A stretch of DNA of 64,000 bases from positions 1 to 64,000 of the forward strand of contig JBBRNJ010000025.1 in assembly GCA_038230375.1 (NCBI GenBank), read 5' to 3'. Shown piece by piece: positions 18,205 to 29,013 of the stretch. The translations under genes were made by a program, and so were the position numbers. The notes beneath the pieces were generated by a model that saw nothing but the letters and a program-made list of their open reading frames with translations, had not been told where the DNA came from and did not search any database. Numbering within the stretch: position 1 is the stretch's first letter; each line of letters begins with the position of its first letter. This DNA is from Polyangiales bacterium (GTDB taxonomy: Bacteria > Myxococcota_A > Polyangia > Polyangiales > Polyangiaceae).

Positions 18205-19083
18205 ATGAAAACCCGGGGGACTGCGCTCGCGCTCACGTCATTCGCTGCGCTCGCTGCTGCCGTCGCCTTCGTGGGATGCAGCTCGAAGAGCACCAACATC
18301 GCCGACGGTGACGGCGGACTCGTCGCCACGGACGGCGGCGCACCGGAAACAGGTGTCGGCGCAGGCACGGTGGACGCCGGCAGCGGGGACTGGTCTTGCA
18401 TCGGCTCCGTCGTCCCTGGGACGCCAACGGGCACCACCGCGACCATCGGGGTCCACCTCATCGAGCCGGTGCAGGGCAAGGCTGTCGCAGGGATCGCGGT
18501 GCGTGCGTGTCCCGATCTCTCGGACGTCACCTGCGCGAGCGCGGGCGACGGCGGCATCGTGACGACGGACTCGAACGGAGACGCGAAGGTCGTTGTACCG
18601 CTCGGAACCAAGGGGTTTGCGGGCTATTTCGAGGCATCGCTGATGAACGACGTGACAAACCTCACGGTAGTCTACCCGCCGCTCCTCGGCGACTCCTCGC
18701 CATACCAGCGCGTCCAGTGGAGCAGCACGGGGCTCAGCGTCATATTCAGCACCGCGGACGGCTTCGCATCGGACTCCACGAAGTACGGCATCATCGGGTT
18801 CGAGGCGCACGACTGCGCGCACAAGATCGTCGACGGCGTGAGCGCGGAGCTCGTCGGGTCCGCTCCGTCGGCCCACCTTGGATACATCAACACCGCGGCA
18901 TCGAAGCTCGACGACATGCAGATGGCGACCGACAAGAGTGGTCAAGGCGGCTGGGCGAACGTCCCGCCCGGTCCGGTGACGGTCAGGTTCAAGGTCGCGG
19001 CGACTGGAAAGTTGATCACGGAGATGACTGTCCCTGTGCGCATCGGAGCCTTCACGGGCCTGGTCCCAGCGCCATCGCCGTGA
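18205..19083 (+). CDS. Lipoprotein with carboxypeptidase-regulatory-like (transthyretin-like) domains
   Basis: FVGC lipobox; DWSCIG, TTDSNGDA, EAHDC and NVPPG; paralog of 43123-44462. Confidence 0.65.
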   Translation: MKTRGTALALTSFAALAAAVAFVGCSSKSTNIADGDGGLVATDGGAPETGVGAGTVDAGSGDWSCIGSVVPGTPTGTTATIGVHLIEPVQGKAVAGIAVRACPDLSDVTCASAGDGGIVTTDSNGDAKVVVPLGTKGFAGYFEASLMNDVTNLTVVYPPLLGDSSPYQRVQWSSTGLSVIFSTADGFASDSTKYGIIGFEAHDCAHKIVDGVSAELVGSAPSAHLGYINTAASKLDDMQMATDKSGQGGWANVPPGPVTVRFKVAATGKLITEMTVPVRIGAFTGLVPAPSP

Positions 19084-19146
19084 CCCAGGCGTTCGCGGCG
19101 GACATCAGGCTCGCTTTTCGACCTGGGAGCAGGGCACACTCTCGCC

Positions 19147-21243
19147 ATGGCGTTTTACGATGGCGCGCTCGAGAACGCGCGGAGGGGCCTGGGCGCGGTG
19201 GACCCGGCACGGATCGCAGCCGAGGTCCCTCTGCCCAGCACCGAGGCGGGCGAGCTGAACGAGCTGCTCGTGGGCACGGACGCGCGCTCCGGGAGCCGCG
19301 CGTTGCGCCTGCTTGCGCGCGTCGATCCGGAGACGGCAGCGCCGCTGGCAGCAGAGGTTGTTCGCGGTCTGGGCGACGTGGTCCATGCCGCGCACCTCGC
19401 CTACCTGCGTGATGCGGGCGCCGAGATCGTCGAGCAAGCGATCCTCTCTTACGGCCACGGCATGGCCCGACCGTGGATCCCCCTCGAGGCGCGCAAGCAC
19501 GGTCCCGACTACCGCAGCGAGCAGATCCAGCTGAAGACGCACGCGCCCACCCTGGACGCCGCGCTTGCCGTGTTCGCTGACCGCCGTGGAAGGCGCGTCG
19601 ACTACGCGCTCGCGCAGCTCGTGTCGGCGGTCGTCAGCGCCCAGCTCAAAAGGTCCCCGCCCGACGGACTGACCGGCACCGAGGGCGTCATCGCTGCGAT
19701 GGGCCGTCAACGCGAGCTCGAATCGGGTCTTGCGAACGACGACGAACGGTACGTGCGTGAGCAGGCCGTGAACGCACTTGCACAGTCAGCCCATACCCTT
19801 CCGTTCGACGCGTTTCTCGACCTGGTGCTTCTGGGGCACATCATGCACATCGACGTGCCCACCTTCGCGGCCCGACCGGAGCTTGCAGTCCCGGAGCGCT
19901 GTCTTCACGTGCTCGACACCCTCATGACGCTGGAGGAGGCGCACAGCAAGACAGAGGCCTTCCTCATCGAACGGCTTGGCGGGCTGCACTACGAGGCGGC
20001 TGCGGAGCTCATCGCACTGAAGGCGCTCCGGACGCCGACGCGCTGGGACCACATGTGGACCGCACTGCTTGCGATCGGAGGCGTGTCCGCGCGCGACGCG
20101 CTTCTGCGCTCGATGAAGAGCGCGGTCGCGGAGCGGCAATTCCCATGGGACGCGGAGCACTCGGCCGGCAATCTGCGCAGCGCCGCGCGCACGCTCCTGG
20201 ACCTTGCTCCGGACGATGCGTTCGTCCTGTTCGCGCCGTTCTTCACCACGGAGGCGCTGTCCACTGGAGCCGGTGCCATGCTTGCGCGCGAGATCCTGTC
20301 GTCGCTCCATGGTCGATTCCTGGGACGCGGACACGCCGTCACCCATCTGCTGGATCCTCGAACCGCCACGAATCCCGTGCTGTCGAATGACCCGCGCTGG
20401 GTCGAGCTGCTGGTTGCCCTTGCCAGACATCCCCGCCTTGGCGCGGTCGCCGAGGAGCTTGTCGCGGCCGCCGATCCTGCGCTCGCCAGGCATGCAATCG
20501 ACGCGGCAGTTGTGGCCGCACAAGCCCATGCCGTGCCGCCACCGCCCGTCCCGAAGCGCGTCGATTTCCTCGCGCGCTACCTGGCTGGCGAACACGACGC
20601 CGTATGGAACGAGCTGCGTGCGCTGGGTGTCACCGCCGCCGATCCTGCGCTCGCCGAAGAGGTCCGCGCCGTCGCCGAGGAGACGATGCGGCGCGTACGG
20701 AAGAACGTGGAGACGCTGCTGAAGACCCAGCGAAAGGCCAAGGTTCCCTTCAAGCCAGCGTCCAAATCGCTCATCGCACCGAAGCCGAAGATCGTGGCGG
20801 AGCTCGCGAAATTCGAGGCGGACTGGCACCTCCAGATCCCGGCCGCGTTGCGCGCCCTCTATACGATCGTCGGCGCGGTCGACTTCACGATCGCGCGCGA
20901 ACGGACGCTCGACAATCCGGCGCCTGCGCTCATCGATGGAGATCCCCTGTCCCTCGTTCCGTTCTTCCTGGTGAAGGCGCCCAAGGGCCACTGGAAGCGG
21001 CCATTCCCCGTGAGCCTTCGCGCGCGGGTGGCGGTTCGCCTGGGGCTCGACCCCGAGTCGCGGTACGCGACGGAACGAACGCTCTTCGTCGCGGTGGATC
21101 GACCGCTGGCGGATCCGCCGCTCTTCGGCCTCACCGACGAAACCTTGATTACCTACTTGCGTCGGAGCATCTTCGCGGCGGGTTTTCTGAACGGAACAAT
21201 TCCAGCACCAGCCGCCTGGACGAAGGGCCTGATTCCGTTCTGA
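19147..21243 (+). CDS. Hypothetical alpha-solenoid (HEAT-like) protein with possible C-terminal SMI1/KNR4-like domain
   Basis: DDERYVREQAVNAL repeat; C-terminal ELAKFEADWHLQIPAALRALY. Confidence 0.55.
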   Translation: MAFYDGALENARRGLGAVDPARIAAEVPLPSTEAGELNELLVGTDARSGSRALRLLARVDPETAAPLAAEVVRGLGDVVHAAHLAYLRDAGAEIVEQAILSYGHGMARPWIPLEARKHGPDYRSEQIQLKTHAPTLDAALAVFADRRGRRVDYALAQLVSAVVSAQLKRSPPDGLTGTEGVIAAMGRQRELESGLANDDERYVREQAVNALAQSAHTLPFDAFLDLVLLGHIMHIDVPTFAARPELAVPERCLHVLDTLMTLEEAHSKTEAFLIERLGGLHYEAAAELIALKALRTPTRWDHMWTALLAIGGVSARDALLRSMKSAVAERQFPWDAEHSAGNLRSAARTLLDLAPDDAFVLFAPFFTTEALSTGAGAMLAREILSSLHGRFLGRGHAVTHLLDPRTATNPVLSNDPRWVELLVALARHPRLGAVAEELVAAADPALARHAIDAAVVAAQAHAVPPPPVPKRVDFLARYLAGEHDAVWNELRALGVTAADPALAEEVRAVAEETMRRVRKNVETLLKTQRKAKVPFKPASKSLIAPKPKIVAELAKFEADWHLQIPAALRALYTIVGAVDFTIARERTLDNPAPALIDGDPLSLVPFFLVKAPKGHWKRPFPVSLRARVAVRLGLDPESRYATERTLFVAVDRPLADPPLFGLTDETLITYLRRSIFAAGFLNGTIPAPAAWTKGLIPF

Positions 21244-21414
21244 TGCCCAGTCAATCTTCGATGATGGCGGACCGATAGAGAACTATATGTCTCGGCGAAG
21301 GCGGGATCGACGAAGAGATGACCTTCGGCGCTCGCGGTATCGACTCCCCGTCGTCATTGTACCCGAGCAACACGAGCGCGGGGCCCAAGGACGGGTGGTG
21401 TACGGTTGTGCGGC

Positions 21415-21912
21415 ATGAAGACATGGACGCTGGGTTTCGGGATGGTCGCGCTCGTGACGACGCTGGCGTGTGGAGGCGGCACGCAGGCGACGGCCGCGGC
21501 GACTCCCGCGGGCGGCGCGGCGGACAGCGCTGCGGACAAGTGCCTCGCGGTCGCCGGAGCGAAGCGTGAGCGCCGTGCGGACGAGCCCGCGAAGGTGAGC
21601 GTGAAGCACGTGCTCGTGAAGTATGCGGGCGCGAAGAAGGCCCCCGATACGGTGACGCGCACGCGCGGCGACGCATGCCTGCGCGCGCAGGAGGCTCGGT
21701 CGAAGCTGGAGGGCGGACAGTCGTTCGCGGACGTGGTTCGTGACTACAGCGAAGAGCAGGGCGCGGTCTCGCGCGAGGGCTCCCTTGGCGCCATCGAGCG
21801 GTCGTACGTGTTGCCACCCTTTGCGGACGCCGCCTTCGAGCTGCACCCGGGGGACGTGAGCCACGTTGTGGAAACCGAGTTCGGTTTCCACCTGATCATG
21901 CGAACGGAGTGA
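21415..21912 (+). CDS. Parvulin-type PPIase, lipoprotein
   Basis: TLAC lipobox; VKHVLVKY, FADAAFEL and ETEFGFHLI motifs. Confidence 0.9.
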   Translation: MKTWTLGFGMVALVTTLACGGGTQATAAATPAGGAADSAADKCLAVAGAKRERRADEPAKVSVKHVLVKYAGAKKAPDTVTRTRGDACLRAQEARSKLEGGQSFADVVRDYSEEQGAVSREGSLGAIERSYVLPPFADAAFELHPGDVSHVVETEFGFHLIMRTE

Positions 21913-21981
21913 CGGTGCGTTCGTGGCATGGCGCGCTCTCTTTTGTTAGCCAAGCGTCGTTCCCGTGGAACACTGGGCCTC

Positions 21982-24051
21982 ATGAAGCACCGTCGCGCAG
22001 CGCTGGCCCTTCCGCTCACCTTCCTGGCGCTGACCGCGCTCGCGTGCGGAGCTGACGCGCCAACCGCGCCGCCTCCCGTCACACCGACCCTCGCGCCGCC
22101 TGCGCCGGCACCCACTCCTCCGGCAACGGAGCCCGTGCCCGCTCCCAGCACCAGAGAAGTGCTGACCGCGGATTCACCGCGAAAGACGGCACGAGGGGCC
22201 ACGTTCATGGCCCCCGCGGGCTTCACGCTCGACGCGAACGCGGACCGAATCGTTCTCACTGGCCCCGAGACGGATCTCACGATCACCATCGCGGATGTAG
22301 CTGCGGACAGCGCGGAGGCGGCGGTCGCGGTGGCATGGAAGATCTCGCGGCCGGATTTCAAGCGCCCCGTGCGCCTTGCCGCGCCCCGCCCTTCGCGCCA
22401 TGGATGGACGGACCAGAAGTTGATCGAGTACGAGACCTCCCCCGACGAGAAGCTCGTCATTCACGCGAGGGTGCGCAGGAACAAGAACGTCTGGAATGTG
22501 ACGCTGCTCGTGGGCAGCGAAGCCACGGTGGAGAAGCGCCTCTCCGCGCTCGCGCTCGTGCGCGACAGCCTGCTCCCCCCGGGGTACACGAAGGAGTCGT
22601 TCGCCGGAAAAAAACCGCACGCGCTCGATGCCGAGCGGCTCTCCAGGATCACCAACATGCTCGAGCGCGCGCGCGCAGCCGCCGGAGTGCCGGGGTTTGC
22701 CGTCAGCTTCGTGCAAGGCGACAAGGTGCTCTTTCAAGGCGGGTTCGGCGAGCGTGAGCTTGGCAAAGGCCGTAAGCCCGACGCGGACACGCTCTTCATC
22801 ATTGCCTCCAACACGAAGGCGCTCACCACGCTCCTCCTCGCAGAGCTCGTGGATGAAAAGAAGCTCACGTGGGACATGCCCGTCACGAGCGTCTACCCGA
22901 GCTTCAAGCTGGGAGACGCTGAAACGACGAGCAAGGTACACATCGAGCACCTGGTCTGCGCGTGCACGGGACTGCCGCGACAGGACTTCGAGTGGCTCCT
23001 GGAGTTCAAGGGCGCCACGCCAAAGTCGGAGATGGCGCTGCTTGGAACCTTCCAACCCACAAGCAAGTTCGGCGAGACATTCCAGTATTCCAACCTGCTT
23101 GCGTCGGCGGGCGGCTTCGTCGCGGGCTCGGTGCTCTACCCCAAGAAGGAGCTCGGGCAAGCCTACGACGAAGCGATGAGCACGAAGGTCTTCGGACCGC
23201 TTGGCATGAAGCGAACGACCTTCGATTTTGCGAAAGCCACGAGGGGCAATTTCGCGTCGCCTCACAGCGAGGGATTCGACGGAAGACCCGCGCTCGCATC
23301 GATGGACGTGAACCACGCGGTCTATCCGCTGCGCCCTGCTGGCGGCGCGTGGTCCAGCGTGGCGGACCTATCGCACTACGTGCAGATGGAGCTCGCAAGG
23401 GGCAAGCTGCCCGACGGCAAACGGCTCGTATCGGAGGAGGCGCTCTCCGCGCGACGCAAGCCGTACGTCGCGATCGGTGAGCACACGACCTATGGCATGG
23501 GACTCGAGGACGAGACCGAGTACGGCGTCACTGTGGTTCATCACGGCGGCAGCATGATTGGCTACAAGAGCGACATGTTCTGGATGCCGGAGTTCGGCAT
23601 TGGAGGAGTCATCCTCACCAACGCAGACAACGGCGGCCGCTTCTTGCGACCGTTCATCCGGAAGACCCTCGAGGAGATGTTCGACGGCAACCCCGAGGCC
23701 GAAGAGGATCTGGCCGCTAGCCTTGCCGCGCACAAGGCAGCCCTGGATCAAGAGCGCACGCGCCGGGTGCTCCCGCCCGACCCCGCGGTCACGGCGAAGC
23801 TCGCCTCGCGCTACGTGAGCTCGGCGCTGGGCGACGTCACGGTGCGCTCCAGCGGTGCATCACGCATCTTCGATTTTGGCGAGTGGAAGAGCGTGGTCGC
23901 CTCGCGCAAGAACGACGACGGTACGATGTCGATGGTCACGGTCGACCCGGGCGTTGAGGGCTTCGAGTTCGTCGTTGGTGAACGCGACAAGAAGCGCGTC
24001 CTCGTCCTCAGGGACGCGCAGCACGAATACGTGTTCACCGAAGCGAAGTAG
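21982..24051 (+). CDS. Serine hydrolase, beta-lactamase/AmpC-like family lipoprotein
   Basis: ALAC lipobox; SxxK (SNTK), YSN and HHGG motifs. Confidence 0.9.
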   Translation: MKHRRAALALPLTFLALTALACGADAPTAPPPVTPTLAPPAPAPTPPATEPVPAPSTREVLTADSPRKTARGATFMAPAGFTLDANADRIVLTGPETDLTITIADVAADSAEAAVAVAWKISRPDFKRPVRLAAPRPSRHGWTDQKLIEYETSPDEKLVIHARVRRNKNVWNVTLLVGSEATVEKRLSALALVRDSLLPPGYTKESFAGKKPHALDAERLSRITNMLERARAAAGVPGFAVSFVQGDKVLFQGGFGERELGKGRKPDADTLFIIASNTKALTTLLLAELVDEKKLTWDMPVTSVYPSFKLGDAETTSKVHIEHLVCACTGLPRQDFEWLLEFKGATPKSEMALLGTFQPTSKFGETFQYSNLLASAGGFVAGSVLYPKKELGQAYDEAMSTKVFGPLGMKRTTFDFAKATRGNFASPHSEGFDGRPALASMDVNHAVYPLRPAGGAWSSVADLSHYVQMELARGKLPDGKRLVSEEALSARRKPYVAIGEHTTYGMGLEDETEYGVTVVHHGGSMIGYKSDMFWMPEFGIGGVILTNADNGGRFLRPFIRKTLEEMFDGNPEAEEDLAASLAAHKAALDQERTRRVLPPDPAVTAKLASRYVSSALGDVTVRSSGASRIFDFGEWKSVVASRKNDDGTMSMVTVDPGVEGFEFVVGERDKKRVLVLRDAQHEYVFTEAK

Positions 24052-24064
24052 CGCGTGCTCGGCC

Positions 24065-25093
24065 TCAGCGTCGAATGACGCGCACGCGGCCGTCGCCGTA
24101 GTTCGTCCAGTAGAGCGCCGAGTCATCCACGGCGATCCCGCGGGGCTCGCTCTCTCCGCTCGCGAGCGTCGTCGGTGCGCCGCCTCCTCTGGGCGCGCTC
24201 CGTATCGATCCGTCGCCGGTGTTTGCCCAGTACACGGTCGTTGCGTCGATCGCGATGGCCGAAGGAGCCTGCTCGGACGACGCAAAGACGAGCGGCGCGG
24301 CGCCCGGAGAGCTCTTTCCCAGCGCGGACACCGAGGAGTCATCCGCCCAGAAGACCGTCTGGCTCGCTTCGTCGATGACGAGAGCGCGCACCGTGCCGGT
24401 CACCGTCGCAAAGACGGTCGTGGTCATATCACTCCTGCGCACGAGCTTGATTTGCCCCGTGACCCCGACCCATGCATGCGTCGAGTCGGCCACGACCAGC
24501 CCCACCATACCGAGCGCGATCGCGACCGGGACGACCGAGTTGGCCGTCCACGCGGTGGTGTCGAGGTAGCTGACGGAGCCGTTCTTCTGAAGCGCGAAGA
24601 AGACGGAGGTGCCCTGCACGCTGCAGCCGAAAACGTGGTCGTTCGCGTTGACCTGCACGATGTCGGCGGAGATGCCGCCGCCGCCTTTGTCTTGTCGATG
24701 GAGACGTTGATAGCTCCCGCCGTTCGGGTCGTTGTCAGTGAAGTAGAGGGTCGTAGCGCTCGCCGCGAGCGAGTTCGGGCCCGCGAGGTTGGAGGCGAGC
24801 ACCGCTGGCATCCCGCCGCCCTTTGCGACCTTCAAGATGGATCCCGCCTTGCCCGACGACGCCTCGGAGAGCCAGTAGACGCTCGTCGAGTCCACGACGA
24901 TCCCCGTGGGCGTCTGCTGATGGGTCGCCAGATCTTTCGCCGGGCCCGAGATCCCGGGGCCGGCCGCGCCATCGCCCGCTGCAGCGTCGCCTCCGTCGGC
25001 CGCGTCACCCCCGGGCGGGACAGTGTCACTGCCCCCGAAGGCACCGCACGCCGCCGCCCCGACGACGATTGCGAAGAGGGACAAGGCTCTCAT
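24065..25093 (-). CDS. Beta-propeller lipoprotein (YW-repeat)
   Basis: AAAC lipobox; repeated IAVDxxxVYW blades. Confidence 0.75.
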   Translation of the reverse strand: MRALSLFAIVVGAAACGAFGGSDTVPPGGDAADGGDAAAGDGAAGPGISGPAKDLATHQQTPTGIVVDSTSVYWLSEASSGKAGSILKVAKGGGMPAVLASNLAGPNSLAASATTLYFTDNDPNGGSYQRLHRQDKGGGGISADIVQVNANDHVFGCSVQGTSVFFALQKNGSVSYLDTTAWTANSVVPVAIALGMVGLVVADSTHAWVGVTGQIKLVRRSDMTTTVFATVTGTVRALVIDEASQTVFWADDSSVSALGKSSPGAAPLVFASSEQAPSAIAIDATTVYWANTGDGSIRSAPRGGGAPTTLASGESEPRGIAVDDSALYWTNYGDGRVRVIRR

Positions 25094-25298
25094 GAAGCCT
25101 CAGGGTATCACGGTCGACGAAAGTACCGGAGCGCCGAAGCCGGTGACCGACGGGACGGCCGCGCGCGCTCAGAGCACCAGTAGCGCTCGACAAGGCCCGC
25201 GACCCGTCCGCGCGATCCGCCATTCATCTCAACGTCCGATCGGCTGTCCCGTTGGGCGGCGCCATGACGTATTCTCGCGGCTGCTCCCGAGGAGATCC

Positions 25299-26885
25299 AT
25301 GGAAACGCCGCTCACGCCACTCGAGTTCATGCGCCGTGCGCGTCGCCTGTACGGCGACCGCGAGGCCGTCGTCGACGGAGACGTCCGCTACACCTACGCG
25401 CAGTTCTTCGATCGTTGTGATCGGTGGTCGGCCGCGCTCGTTCGGCTCGGCGTGAAGCAGGGCGATCGCGTCGCGTACATCGCGCCGAACATGCACGCGA
25501 CGCTCGAGTCCTTCTACGCCGTTCCGCAGCTCGGCGCGGTGCTCGTGCCCATCAACTACCGCCTCATCGCGGACGACTTTGCGTACATCATCGGCCACAG
25601 CGGCTCGACGATCGTCTGCGCTGCGCCTCCGTACCTCGAGATGGTCGATTCGATTCGCGATCGCATCCCGAACGTCACGCACTTCGTCGCGCTCGAGGGC
25701 GCGCGTGATGGCTGGCTCGACTACGAGAAGGAGCTCCTTTCCTCGGGCGCGCCTGGCGCCGCGATCGACCTCCCGCGTCCCGCGATCGCCGAGACGGATC
25801 TGCTGACCATCAACTACACGAGCGGAACCACCGCGCGCCCGAAGGGCGTGATGATCACGCACCGCAACGCGTACTTCAACTCCGTGGGGGTGTTGATCCA
25901 CGTCCACATGACGGCCGCGGAGCGCTACCTGTGGACGCTGCCCATGTTCCACGCGAACGGCTGGACGTTCACGTGGACCGTCACGGCGGTCGGCGGGACC
26001 CACGTGTGCTTGCGCCGCGTCGAGCCCGCGAAGATCTTCGCCGAGCTCGCGAAGGAATCGGTCACCATGCTCTGCGCAGCACCGACCGTGCTCATCGGCA
26101 TCGCGAATGCGCCCGACGAGCTTCGCGCTGGAGCTCCACGCGGCGTACGCGTCCTCACGGGCGGGGCCCCTCCTGCGGCCGCGACCATCGCGCGCATCGA
26201 GGGGGAGCTCGGATGGACGATCACCCATGTTTATGGGCTCACCGAGACGGCTCCACTCATCACCTTGTGCGAGGCGCGGCCCGAGCACTCGAAGCTCTCT
26301 CTCGAGGAGCGCGCGATCATCAAGGCGCGCCAGGGCGTCGAGTACGTCACGTCGGGAGAGCTGCTCGTCGTCGACGAGGCTGGCCACGAGGTCCCACACG
26401 ACGGCGCGACAACCGGCGAGATCACCGTCCGCGGCAATGTGGTGATGAAGGGCTACTACAACGATCCCGAGGCCACGGCGCTCGCGATCAGGAACGGCTA
26501 CTTCCACTCCGGCGACGCGGCGGTGGTCCACCCGGACGGCTACATCGAGATCCGCGACCGCATCAAGGACGTCATCATCAGCGGCGGGGAGAACATCTCC
26601 TCCGTGGAGATCGAGGGCGTGCTCATCCACCACCCGGCGGTGCAGGAGGTCTCGGTCGTAGGCATGCCGCACGAGAAGTGGGGCGAGGCGCCGAACGCGT
26701 TCATCGTCCTCCGCGAGGGCAAGACGACCACGCCCGAGGAGCTCCGCGTGTTCGTGCGCGAGCGCCTCGCCCACTTCAAGTGCCCTCAGGGCTTCCACTT
26801 CATCGCCGAGCTACCGAAGACGGCGACGGGCAAGGTCCAGAAGTTCGTCCTGCGCGGGCGGCGCGCCGGCATCGCGACGCAGTGA
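25299..26885 (+). CDS. Acyl-CoA synthetase / long-chain fatty-acid-CoA ligase
   Basis: SD GGAG; YTSGTTARPKG, YGLTE, SGD and KTATGK adenylation motifs. Confidence 0.95.
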   Translation: METPLTPLEFMRRARRLYGDREAVVDGDVRYTYAQFFDRCDRWSAALVRLGVKQGDRVAYIAPNMHATLESFYAVPQLGAVLVPINYRLIADDFAYIIGHSGSTIVCAAPPYLEMVDSIRDRIPNVTHFVALEGARDGWLDYEKELLSSGAPGAAIDLPRPAIAETDLLTINYTSGTTARPKGVMITHRNAYFNSVGVLIHVHMTAAERYLWTLPMFHANGWTFTWTVTAVGGTHVCLRRVEPAKIFAELAKESVTMLCAAPTVLIGIANAPDELRAGAPRGVRVLTGGAPPAAATIARIEGELGWTITHVYGLTETAPLITLCEARPEHSKLSLEERAIIKARQGVEYVTSGELLVVDEAGHEVPHDGATTGEITVRGNVVMKGYYNDPEATALAIRNGYFHSGDAAVVHPDGYIEIRDRIKDVIISGGENISSVEIEGVLIHHPAVQEVSVVGMPHEKWGEAPNAFIVLREGKTTTPEELRVFVRERLAHFKCPQGFHFIAELPKTATGKVQKFVLRGRRAGIATQ

Positions 26886-27704
26886 AGACCCATGAAGGAT
26901 GACGTGAGGCGAGGCAGAGCGGCGCGCGTACGCGATCAGGAGGAGCGCCAGGACGGCAGCCCACGGCGCGGCGCTCGGAGCGGGCGGGGCGGCGGGTGTC
27001 AGCTCGCACGCAGCGCAGGCGTGCGGCCTCCCGTACTGCCGGCAATTGCGAGCCTCGCCCTCGTCGACCGCGCTCCTGACGCACCTCTGTTTGCGAAGGT
27101 CGACGAGATCCTCGTGGGTGAGGCCGACGGAGATCGGAGTCGGTTCGATGCCGCCTTCGACATAGATCTCGATCGTCTTCTCGATCATCTCGCCATCGAC
27201 GAGACCCGCCATCGACACCTCGTGATCGCCGGGATTTACCGTGAAGGTCCGACCGAGCGCGTCCATCGGCACCTCGGAGACGTCGAAGCCGATCGACTCG
27301 ATGTGTGCGCCGGGCGCAAGGACGAAGCGCACGTGTCCCGCGACCGAAATGAGGAGATCTCGGAGCTCGCGGCCCTCTGCGATCGCTGCCGTGTCACCGC
27401 TTGCCTCTGCGAACGCGACCGCGCGTTGCGCATCCCGAAGTGCATCAACGACCCGGCGCTCCCGATAGCTCTCCTTCGATCGCACGACCAACTCGCGAAA
27501 CGTGAGGTGCTTCTCGTGCTCGACCCTGGCCTCGGCCACCTCCCAGTCCCACGGGCGCCGCGACGCGTCGGCGCCGGCATCGGTCGCGCCCGCGTCGCTA
27601 TCGTCTGCGCGGGAGCTTGCGACGGTCGCGAGAATACATGCGAAGACAAGAGCAGCGACTACGCGGTGCATCCATCCTACGCCGCTGCTCGGCGAGCGAT
27701 TCAC
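26811..27704 (-). CDS. Exported hypothetical protein with MYXO-CTERM-like C-terminal anchor
   Basis: Signal peptide; CAAC-Pro-rich-WAAVLALLLIAYARR near the C-terminus. Confidence 0.55.
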   Translation of the reverse strand: MNRSPSSGVGWMHRVVAALVFACILATVASSRADDSDAGATDAGADASRRPWDWEVAEARVEHEKHLTFRELVVRSKESYRERRVVDALRDAQRAVAFAEASGDTAAIAEGRELRDLLISVAGHVRFVLAPGAHIESIGFDVSEVPMDALGRTFTVNPGDHEVSMAGLVDGEMIEKTIEIYVEGGIEPTPISVGLTHEDLVDLRKQRCVRSAVDEGEARNCRQYGRPHACAACELTPAAPPAPSAAPWAAVLALLLIAYARRSASPHVILHGSSLRRDAGAPPAQDELLDLARRRLR

Positions 27705-28849
27705 TTGCGCAAGCGCGCCGTCTTCGCCGTGCTCGACTTCTTGCTCGTGGCGGCGCGAGACTTTGTGGTGATCGCGTCCCGCAGGCCAAGCGCCAGGCCT
27801 TCGTCTTTGTGCGCGACCGAACCTTGAACCACCTGCGCGACGACCTTGGTCGTACCCGCCTGAAAGATGACCCCGCTATCGCCTTCGTAGAGGAATGCGT
27901 CATACACGTGTTTTTTTGACGCGTCGGCGAGCGCGCGAATTTCGAGCGTGCTCCGGAGCGAGGTCTCGCTCTGACCGGTGGCCATTCGAAGAGCCGCGCC
28001 GAGATCTTTCCCGTCGTAGGCCTTTCCCGCGGCCCGCAGCTGCTTCTGCTGAATGTTCGAGAGCGCAGCGAGTTGCCTTGGTTTCTCGATTGAAATGCTG
28101 GTCAGCAAAGCCGCTACCGGGCCGCCGCGCGCTCCGGCGGCGAGCGCATCCGCGATACGCTTGTTCTTCTTGGCGAGGGCCTTGAGGTCCTTCGTGAGCC
28201 CCACGTTGTTTGGAACAATTTTCGATTCGTGGAGCCACGCGATGATTTCTTTTGCAGGATAAAGGCTCAGCGTCTCGAACGCCGGCCACGCGCCACCGTC
28301 GGCGGGGCACGCCGCGAGTGAAGCGACCAGCGCCTTCATGCGCCGCTCCTCCGGAATCGCAGCCAGACACTCCTTCATGGTGGCGCCGCGCAAACCGCGA
28401 CCCTTGGTGCCCACCGGTAACAGCGCATCCCATCGCGGCTCGATGGCAACGCCCGCGCGAACCAAGGCGACGAAGATCGGCCAACAATAGGTCTCCACCG
28501 GAAAGCGAAACCGCCCCGTCTTTCTCCGCTCTTCGGCGAGCGCAATCATGCGGTCGGCTTCGCCCTTCGCCCACGTCGCGAGCTCGGCGCCACGAATGCC
28601 CGCGAGCAAGTCGACGTCACCGTAGAGCGACTCGTCCAGGTCGTACGCGAAGCCGTGGTGAAAAATGTCGAGCAATGCCGCAGCTCGTGTCGGGAGGGGC
28701 AGCCGCGCGAACAACGCGCCCACTTTCGACGGACCAACCGCGTCCGTCGCCAGCTGGACTGCACGGTAGAAGGGCTTCTTGCCCTCGAAATCGATCTCCG
28801 TCTCGAGCGCGCGCGATTTCTTCGAGGCGGCGACCGGCTTCACTTTCAT
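27701..28849 (-). CDS. Hypothetical protein
   Basis: Long ORF with GC-type codon usage; TAACAT 7 nt before ATG; GTGA coupling to the next gene. Confidence 0.65.
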   Translation of the reverse strand: MKVKPVAASKKSRALETEIDFEGKKPFYRAVQLATDAVGPSKVGALFARLPLPTRAAALLDIFHHGFAYDLDESLYGDVDLLAGIRGAELATWAKGEADRMIALAEERRKTGRFRFPVETYCWPIFVALVRAGVAIEPRWDALLPVGTKGRGLRGATMKECLAAIPEERRMKALVASLAACPADGGAWPAFETLSLYPAKEIIAWLHESKIVPNNVGLTKDLKALAKKNKRIADALAAGARGGPVAALLTSISIEKPRQLAALSNIQQKQLRAAGKAYDGKDLGAALRMATGQSETSLRSTLEIRALADASKKHVYDAFLYEGDSGVIFQAGTTKVVAQVVQGSVAHKDEGLALGLRDAITTKSRAATSKKSSTAKTARLRK

Positions 28850-28938
28850 GGGCGCGATGTTACCGCGAGCCAAACGATTCGATGCTTCTATCGCGGCTGG
28901 TTTTGCGCCAGCGCCGGCGCGAGCGCGGAGTCACACCA

Positions 28939-28958
28939 GGGTCACGGTCACGGTCACG
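28939..28958 (+). promoter_or_regulatory. GG(GTCACG)3 array, putative enhancer (UAS)
   Basis: GGGTCACGGTCACGGTCACG; exact reverse complement at 34637-34656. Confidence 0.6.
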
Positions 28959-29013
28959 CTCCTCAATGGCGCTCCCAGCGTGGAAGTCACGGGATTTTCA
29001 AGCCACGACTTTG

